DNA of 64,000 nt from Piedraia hortae CBS 480.64 (Eukaryota), in the NCBI GenBank assembly GCA_010093745.1, contig MU005957.1, positions 310,001 to 374,000 of the forward strand, in the 5' to 3' direction. Shown piece after piece: positions 57,175 through 64,000 of the stretch (position 1 is the first letter of the stretch; every line of letters begins with the position of its first letter). The notes under the pieces are model-generated. The model saw only the letters and a program-made list of their open reading frames with translations, made no database searches and was not told where the DNA came from. The translations under genes were made by a program, and so were the position numbers.

Positions 57175-57883
57175 ATGGCTTCCAAGTGGACGGTTGAGAG
57201 CGGTGAGTTGGGGGTAGGGGGGGAGGAGAACAGTGGGAGCGAGGGAGCTGATGTGTGGCTATATAGCGCTCAATGCTGTTGCCCGTCGCCCGGTGACTAA
57301 ATCCGCGTCGCCCGTGCCGTTTTTTCATCTCATCGAACGTCTCAAGACGACGCCGCGCGAGGGATGGCGTCGTTGTGGTGTCTCCGATGGAGAGAGCATT
57401 GCGGACCACATGTACCGCATGTCGCTGATGACGATGCTGGCGCCGCCGTCTCTACGCAGTCGTGTTGATGTCTCTAAATGCGTAAAGATGGCTTTGGTAC
57501 ATGATATGGCTGAGAGCCTGGTCGGAGACATAACGCCGGTGGAGGGCGTTCCCAAGCACGAGAAGAGCCGGCGGGAAACGGAAACCATGGACTACATCTG
57601 CAAGGAGCTACTGGGCAACGTAGACGAGGGAGAGCAGGGCAAAGAACTCAGAGAACTCTGGCAAGAGTACGAAGAGTCCGAAACCTTGGAAAGCAAGTTT
57701 GTGCACGACGTTGACAAGATTGAGCTTTTGCTACAGATGAATGAGTACGAGGAGAAGCTGGACGGGGGAAAAGACCTGGGAGAGTTTGCGCGCGTTGCCG
57801 AGCGCGTGGTTCTGCCCGAATGCAAGGAATGGGCGAACGAGCTATTGGCAGAGCGGCGAGAGTTTTGGGCCAGCAAACAGTAG
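57175..57883 (+). CDS. HD-domain 5'-deoxynucleotidase (HDDC2/YGK1-like); join(57175..57202,57267..57883)
   Basis: LKTTPREGW, ESIADHMYRM, MALVHDMAESLVGDITP and FVHDVDKIELLLQ. GTGAGT..GCTGAT..TAG intron in phase. Confidence 0.92.
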
Positions 57884-57887
57884 ATAG

Positions 57888-59558
57888 ATGTCTCGCACAA
57901 TGCGCACCAATATCCGCATCGTCTGTGCCGCCGTGGCCGCCATCTGCGTCTTGTGTTTTGCCTGGCAGTGGTTGCTGCCAAGAGGTGAGTTTACTGCAGG
58001 CGCCTGGTCTGCCCCCTCCGTCTTTCTTGGTCTCTTCTCTGCTGACCTGCTGGTTGTCCAGCCGGCCGCAACGACGCAGCCCTACTGACCTACCGTCGTC
58101 AGCTAGTCGAGCAAGCATTCCACCATGCATGGAAAGGCTACACCGAGTTCTGCATGGGCCACGATACCATGCATCCCGTCAGCAACACCTGCGACGACGA
58201 CTTTGGCGGATGGGGTGCCACGACCATTGACTCGCTGACGACGGCCATCATGTTCGGTGCAGAGGACGTGGTGAAGCGGATTCTGCAGTTCATCTCAACC
58301 GTCGACTTTCACTCGGTTGCTGGCGACGGTACAAGCATCCAGTTCTTCGAGGTAACCATCCGCCATCTCGGCGCCATGTTGTCTGCCCATGACCTTCTCG
58401 ACGGTCCTTATAAACACATGGTGCCTGACGCCGAGCTAAGGCAGGGTTTATACGATCAAACGGTGCGTCTGGGCGACGTCTTGGCCTGTGCCTTCGACAC
58501 TCCATCTGGAGTGCCTCGGAACTGGGTCGATCCAGCCGCATGCAAGACCGACGGTGGCTCGTCCAATACCGTGGCTGGAGCAGGGTCGATGATTCTGGAG
58601 TTTGCAAAGCTCTCTGAAATCACGAAAAAACCAGACTACGCTGCCAAGGCCCAAAAGGCGCAGAGCTACCTCCTCAGCCCATTTCCGCCCGAGAACGAGC
58701 CCTATCCTGGTCTACTAGGCTCGTATATCAATGTCAAGGCAGGCGAAGTAATGGGCAAGAGCGGCAGCTGGGGGGCTCTATCCGACTCCTTCTACGAATA
58801 CCTCCTCAAAGCCTATCAATACGACCCAAGCACATATGGCTCCTATCTCGACCGATGGAAACTCGCCGCCGATTCCACAATCCGCCACATTGCCTCTCAC
58901 GCCCTCGGCCACGACAGACTGACCTTTCTCCCCTCCTGGGACGACCAAATGCTCACCTACTCGATGGACTCCCTGTCGTGGTTCGCCGGCGGCAACTTCA
59001 TCCTCGGCGGGATGCTCACGGAAAACGCAACCCTCACCAAATTCGGCCTCTCGATCGCCGAAGCGGCCCATTTCGTCTACGGCTCGACGGCCACGGGTCT
59101 GGGCGGGGAACACATCATCTGGTCACCAGACTGTCGTGAGCCTTGGAGCGATAAGCCCTGCGATAAGAGCTCTTCCATCCGTCTCCGCGACGGGACATTC
59201 AAACTCCGCCCCGAAGTGGTCGAGACGTGGTACTACGCTTACAGAGCAACAGGCGACTTAAAGTACCAAGACTGGGCGTGGGCCGCGTTTGAAGCAATGC
59301 TAGCCTACTGTCGGACAGAGACGGGGTTCAGTGCGATTTCCAATGTCGATGTCGTCGATGGAGGGGAGAAGCTCGACGTGCAGGAGTCGTTTCTCTTTGC
59401 GGAGATGTTGAAGTATATCTGGCTGATACATGTGAGTGTTATGTGTAGAAGCGAGTCAGATCTGACAGGAATAGGACGACGGTAGCAAAGCTATCCACGC
59501 GGGCGCGAAGAGCGAGTGGGTGTTTAATACCGAAGCGCATCCGTTCAGAGTTATTTAG
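57888..59558 (+). CDS. GH47 alpha-1,2-mannosidase; join(57888..57984,58062..59431,59475..59558)
   Basis: N-terminal signal anchor, GWGATTIDSLTT, FEVTIRHLG, DSFYEYLLK, LRPEVVETWYY, QESFLFAE and last exon WVFNTEAHPF. Confidence 0.92.
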
Positions 59559-59726
59559 TAGAGCTGTATTGTAGCGGGTCGGGTCGGGCCGGACCGATTC
59601 TTCCCACGCTTCATCAATCGATCCGTACGGCACCCGCAGACATTGAAGGACGTCGAGGGACACAGCAGGGGGGCATCAAAAGTCACCGCAGACACCTAAA
59701 GCCACCGCAATCCACCGTCAACACCA

Positions 59727-60395
59727 ATGCCTCCACCACGCCTAAGCAGGACAGTAGTAACTCCCAAGCGCGCCACTCGCCCAATTCGCGCAGCATCCCT
59801 CCTCACCGCAACCAAACCCACCGCGAGGAATACATCCCCCCTCCACCGCCGCCCACCCACCTCCCACCCCTTCCCCCTCCGCAACCTCCCCACACCAGCC
59901 CACCCCCCGAAGGAGTCTTCCCCAACCGACCCTTCGCACGGCTTATGGTCCTTCTTCCCCCCTCCCCGTACCCTCCCCCTCACCCCCGAGACCCTCCAAC
60001 AGCACGGCGGTGCGTGGAGCGCAGCATTGCTCCGCCCGAAATCCTGGTCCGACCTCCATTCCCTCTACTGGGTCTGCGTCCGCGAGAGGAATATGCTTTA
60101 TACGAGTGAGGGGGAGAGGGAGAGATTGATCAAAGGGGAGGGGTATGGGAAGTACGAGTTTGAGGTGAGAGTTTCCCAGGTGGAGAAGACGATGGAGAGG
60201 ATTAGGGGCGTGTTGAGGGAGAGGTATTATGCTTGGCAAGAGGGGAGGGGGGAGGCCATGCGGGATGACGAGGTGGATTTGTATGCTGCTGCGGAGGGGG
60301 GGGTGGGGTATGTACCTGGGGGGAGGACTAAGGGTGGGGAGGGAGAGAATGCTGGGGGAGAGAGAGGGATGTTGATGGGGGGAAAGGGGTCCTGA
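59727..60395 (+). CDS. MRPL4: Mitochondrial large ribosomal subunit protein uL29m (MRP-L47 family)
   Basis: Basic presequence, HGLWSFF, GGAWSAALLRPKSWSDLHSLYWVCVRERN and TMERIRGVLRER. Confidence 0.9.
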   Translation: MPPPRLSRTVVTPKRATRPIRAASLLTATKPTARNTSPLHRRPPTSHPFPLRNLPTPAHPPKESSPTDPSHGLWSFFPPPRTLPLTPETLQQHGGAWSAALLRPKSWSDLHSLYWVCVRERNMLYTSEGERERLIKGEGYGKYEFEVRVSQVEKTMERIRGVLRERYYAWQEGRGEAMRDDEVDLYAAAEGGVGYVPGGRTKGGEGENAGGERGMLMGGKGS

Positions 60396-60550
60396 GGGGG
60401 TGAGGGGTGGAGGGGGTTAGGAGAGGGGGAAAGGGATGGGGAATGGTCTATATGGAGTGGGTTTTGAATGATGGAGGAATTACATGGATGGGCATTCTTC
60501 ACGGACGGATTAAATGGAGGGTCAATGGAATCGTCAACAATGTAGAATAA

Positions 60551-61954
60551 TTACTGCTCAGCAAGGTTCTGTCTATCCTTCAACTCAACCTCCAACTCGT
60601 GTCCCTCACAACGACGATAGATATCACGCACGTCATCGGTCATGGTTTCAAAGTGCGAGCTTGCATCGTACGACTTGCTGATGTAGACGTGATCCTTTGA
60701 GCCGTCTTCGATTGGAGCATAAATCGGAATCGGAGGACCCATGAATCGCTCCTCGATCTTGCCCAGACGTTCCAAACCAGGCTGCAGCTCCAGATGATGA
60801 TTAGCATTCCCCTCGGCCATGGTCGAGACGATGGCAATGTAGTATCCCTTTGGACACACGTTGTGCGCGCTAGACACCATGGCGATGTAAATGTCATGCT
60901 TGCGGCCGATTTGACTCTGTGGCAGAATCAGCTGCAGAGAGTCGGCGTTGTCCGTCTTGTCGATTGGATGGTTCAGAATACAAATTGCCTTTAGCATATG
61001 GCCGACGACCTTGACTTTATCAGGAAAGTACGAAGGGTCGGCGATGATTTTGGAACATTTGGTCTCGAATTTCATGCCTTCGCCCGCCTCGTCTTTTTCC
61101 TTCATCGTCGCCCGGATGCCGCATACTTTGCCGTCGTCGCCGTACTTGACCTCGTCGACGTTGGCGTTGAGCATGTACGTCCCGCCGTAGATGGCTGAGA
61201 GTCGGGCAAAGCCCTGCGGTAGCTCGCCTAGACCGTAGAGCGGATAGATGTACGGACTCTTTCCGTAACGCGCCATGCTGTTAACATACAGACGAATGCG
61301 CTCGACACAGTCCTTGGCCATGCCCTTTTGGTCAACGTAATCGTCATTGGCATACAGGGCCATGGAATGGCCGACGAAGTCACGCGTCGACGGCTCGAGG
61401 CCAAACTTGTCGTATACCTGCTTCATGGTCGTCTGGGCCAGATTCATGCCGTTGTGGGTCGATGGATTGTCCTCGTCAAAGGCGCCAACCCATTGCAGAA
61501 AGGTACGGGCCCGACGCTTCTCGAAAAGACCCATCAAAGGGCTGCGAAGGGCTTCTCCCGCATCGCTGGGCACCTTGGCTACCGTCGCCTTGGGACCGTT
61601 GCCCTGCTGCACAAACGAACCGGCCACCTGCTTGAACTCGAGATAGCGGGTGACGTCGGTGGAGACGAGGATGTTGGTCAGCTCGCCGTTGCTCATCAGC
61701 AGCTTCGGCACCAGGTCAATGTTCCACTCGCTCGGCCGTCCGTATTTCTTCCACGGCTCGGTGCCGGCCTCGAAGTTGCCGTAGCGGCGGAACAGCGTCT
61801 CCAGGTTCACCGACGCCGCCTCGCCGCCGTAGTGGTCGTTGCGGTCCATGTGCAGCACCTTTTGGCCCTTGACCGACAACACGCCGCTCAGAATGCATTC
61901 CGTCAATCCCGTGCCGAGCACCACGGCGTCGTATTCGGGCGCAATCTCATCCAT
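60551..61954 (-). CDS. GDI1: Rab GDP-dissociation inhibitor
   Basis: YDAVVLGTGLTECILSG, DRNDHYGG, WNIDLVPK, GELPQGFARLSAIYGGTYML and SYDASSHFET. ATG at 61954. Confidence 0.96.
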   Translation of the reverse strand: MDEIAPEYDAVVLGTGLTECILSGVLSVKGQKVLHMDRNDHYGGEAASVNLETLFRRYGNFEAGTEPWKKYGRPSEWNIDLVPKLLMSNGELTNILVSTDVTRYLEFKQVAGSFVQQGNGPKATVAKVPSDAGEALRSPLMGLFEKRRARTFLQWVGAFDEDNPSTHNGMNLAQTTMKQVYDKFGLEPSTRDFVGHSMALYANDDYVDQKGMAKDCVERIRLYVNSMARYGKSPYIYPLYGLGELPQGFARLSAIYGGTYMLNANVDEVKYGDDGKVCGIRATMKEKDEAGEGMKFETKCSKIIADPSYFPDKVKVVGHMLKAICILNHPIDKTDNADSLQLILPQSQIGRKHDIYIAMVSSAHNVCPKGYYIAIVSTMAEGNANHHLELQPGLERLGKIEERFMGPPIPIYAPIEDGSKDHVYISKSYDASSHFETMTDDVRDIYRRCEGHELEVELKDRQNLAEQ

Positions 61955-62161
61955 GATGGTGAAGGTGAGACCCCGCCCCCGCCGTTCAGGGATGTCGAGC
62001 GGGGCGGTCCGGTCCGGTCCGTTGTATATATCATGCAAGAGTACGAGACCCGAATGAAAGAAGCATCACATTTGCAGTTGGGCAGCTGCACATTAAGCAT
62101 CGAGCTTCTACTATTGTCTAGCTAAGCTGCCTTTTTTTTTTTTTTTTTCTTTTTTTCCAAT

Positions 62162-62653
62162 TCAGTCGTTCCAAATATCCTTGACATAGCCCTCCGTCAA
62201 CTCGGCGTCCTCTCCATATCTGCCAATGTCAGTCGAATTTCCTTACTGGCGCCTGACAACTCACATTTCTTGCCACTTTGTAAACCCTCCGTCGAGAAGA
62301 TAGACCTTTTGGGCAGCCCGCACATCTGCTCCGTCGCTTCTTTTGCCCACCTTACCATTCTCAACCATGCAATCCCGTTCCCTTAGATATCTCAACGCGC
62401 TAGCCGGTCCCCGTTGCTGTGAGAGCGAGCAGTGGAAGACGACGGTATCGTCATCTTTCAAGGTGCGAACAAGCTCCGGAATGCGATAGTCGTGGGTGTT
62501 TACAGGAACGTTCCTGCACCCGACGATATGACCGCCAATGTAGTCGCTATCGCGCACATCTATGATTGCCAGGCCCGGCTTCTTGGCGCGCACCAGCTGA
62601 GCCAGAGCCTCGCGAGAAATTCGAGGAAGAGTGGCGATGCTACAAGCGGACAT
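62162..62653 (-). CDS. YCH1: Cdc25-like rhodanese-fold phosphatase/arsenate reductase (Ych1/Ibp1); complement(join(62162..62219,62265..62653))
   Basis: IIDVRDSDYIGGHI, CX5R motif FHCSLSQQRGP, LLDGGFTKWQ and last exon YGEDAELTEGY. Confidence 0.88.
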
Positions 62654-62798
62654 GTTGTAGACAAAGACAGACATGAAGTCATACCCCCCATATACGACCT
62701 TTTTGCTCGTCTTCATCACCGCCAGCCTGGCTCTTTTCCAGCTTTCACGGGCGTTTTCTCCCAGACTCTTCTCTGTTAGACAGTTGACTCTCGGTTCA

Positions 62799-64000
62799 AT
62801 GGCTCCAAAGGCATACAGGCAGCCGCCCCAGGCCCCGCCGCTCTTCACGCACACGCCTCGGAGCCTCCTCGCGACGACGGACGCGCTCATTGACAGAAGC
62901 CAGAAGCTGCAGGACCGCATCGTCGACGAGGTCAAGGCCGGAAAGGCGACGTTTGACAACGTTCTCGTCCCGTTTTCCAGAGAAGACAACCAGATGACGC
63001 TGGAGAGCCACATCATCGGCTTCTACCAGGCCGTCTCGACCGACTCCAAGCTGCGCGATGCTTCGACGGAGGCGGAAAAGAAGATGGAGGACTTTGCCAT
63101 CGAATCCAGCATGCGTGAGGACATCTTCAAGCTTGTGAAGGAGGTGTACGAGAAGCAAAAGGATGACGAGAAGCTGTCCCCTGAAAGTCGTAGGCTGCTC
63201 GAGAAAGACTACAAGGGATACATCCGCATGGGTCTGGATATTCCGGCCGGCGAGAAACGGGACCGGTTCAAGACGATCCAGAAGCGTCTTTCCGAGATTT
63301 CCATTACCTTTCAGAAGAACCTGAACGAAGAACAGGGCGGGCTCTGGCTGACTCCCGAAGAGCTGGAAGGCGTGCCGTCGGACGTCACCTCTAATCTCAA
63401 GAAAGGCGACGACGGAAAGCTCTGGTTGACTTTCAAATACCCAGACCTATTCCCGACGCAAAAGTACTGCAGGAATGCAGACACGCGGAAGAAGGTCGCC
63501 ATCGCCAACGAGAACAAGTGCAATGAAAACGTCGACCTGTTCAAAGAGGCCGTGGTCCTGCGTGATGAAGCGGCAAGGCTGCTGGGATACCCCAACCACG
63601 CTGCGTTCAGAATTGAAGATAAAATGGCCAAGACGCCCAAGACGGTGGACGATTTCCTAGCTGACCTTCGCAAACGTCTCTCTCCAGGCGGTGACAAGGA
63701 GCTCGAGAAGCTGAAGCAGCTGAAAAAGGGCGAAACTGGCGAAGCGGACAGGTATTTCCTCTGGGACCACCGCTACTATGATACCCTCATGCTGGAGAGA
63801 GACTACCAGCTTGATCAGAACCGCATTGCCGAGTACTTTCCCCTTGAGTCTACCATCAACGGCATGCTGGAGATCTTTGAGCATCTCTTTGGCATGGAGT
63901 TTGTCAAGCTAACGGGCGAAGATTTGGACAAGATATCTGAAAGCGGCAAGGGGAAGGATATCGTCTGGCACGAGGATGTGCAGGTATTTTCGGTGTGGGA
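62799..64000 (+). CDS. PRD1: M3-family metallo-oligopeptidase (Prd1/MepB/thimet-like), 3'-truncated by window; in-frame upstream ATG at 62673
   Basis: Not in the ORF track because it runs off the window. Translates MAPKAYRQPPQAPPLF...ATFDNVL...LRDASTEAEK...MREDIFKLV...TFKYPD...LRDEAARLLGYPNHA...KMAKTP...IAEYFPLE...VWHEDV. Confidence 0.9.
   Translation, partial: MAPKAYRQPPQAPPLFTHTPRSLLATTDALIDRSQKLQDRIVDEVKAGKATFDNVLVPFSREDNQMTLESHIIGFYQAVSTDSKLRDASTEAEKKMEDFAIESSMREDIFKLVKEVYEKQKDDEKLSPESRRLLEKDYKGYIRMGLDIPAGEKRDRFKTIQKRLSEISITFQKNLNEEQGGLWLTPEELEGVPSDVTSNLKKGDDGKLWLTFKYPDLFPTQKYCRNADTRKKVAIANENKCNENVDLFKEAVVLRDEAARLLGYPNHAAFRIEDKMAKTPKTVDDFLADLRKRLSPGGDKELEKLKQLKKGETGEADRYFLWDHRYYDTLMLERDYQLDQNRIAEYFPLESTINGMLEIFEHLFGMEFVKLTGEDLDKISESGKGKDIVWHEDVQVFSVW

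Noticed and set aside
61328..62125. Long antisense ORFs over GDI1 (similarly over creA, the esterase, TIP41 and ATP23)
   Set aside because: Shadow ORFs from GC-rich codon usage of well-supported genes on the opposite strand.
1..64000. CRISPR arrays, rRNA, intact transposons or prokaryotic systems
   Set aside because: None seen: no repeat-spacer arrays, no transposase/RT ORFs, and gene content is fungal with spliceosomal introns.

Overview
Eukaryotic DNA from a filamentous ascomycete with a very compact genome: introns are mostly 42-76 nt and many intergenic gaps are under 150 bp. A Dothideomycete origin is my inference only. The window holds about 33 protein-coding genes, mostly conserved housekeeping or regulatory ones: a sororin-like C-terminus, an NDT80/PhoG transcription factor, SRP102, HOS3, ATP23, Aurora/IPL1, CobW/ZNG1, phocein MOB, CreA, ECM11, a DhaK-only kinase, a small dsRBD-like protein, RKM5, FAA1, PRO1, TIP41, a PAS protein, a BCS1-like ATPase, CDC73, a LysM protein, a tannase/feruloyl esterase, HAUS6, an HD nucleotidase, a GH47 mannosidase, MRPL4, GDI1, YCH1 and PRD1 (partial). 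There is also one intron-containing tRNA-Pro(CGG) and a decayed yapsin-like protease. An accessory island at about 19.5-28 kb carries two inverted TPR pseudogenes that share a near-identical tract, probably from gene conversion. The most striking unexplained signal is a ~1.1 kb ORF-poor segment (29915-31040) that can fold into a long nested multi-helix RNA. It has a template-like CATCACCCCATCA at its centre and lies head-to-head with the dsRBD-like gene. It is a candidate telomerase RNA with a non-TTAGGG template, or another undescribed structured ncRNA. All family assignments come from motif recognition by eye; no searches or folding programs were run.
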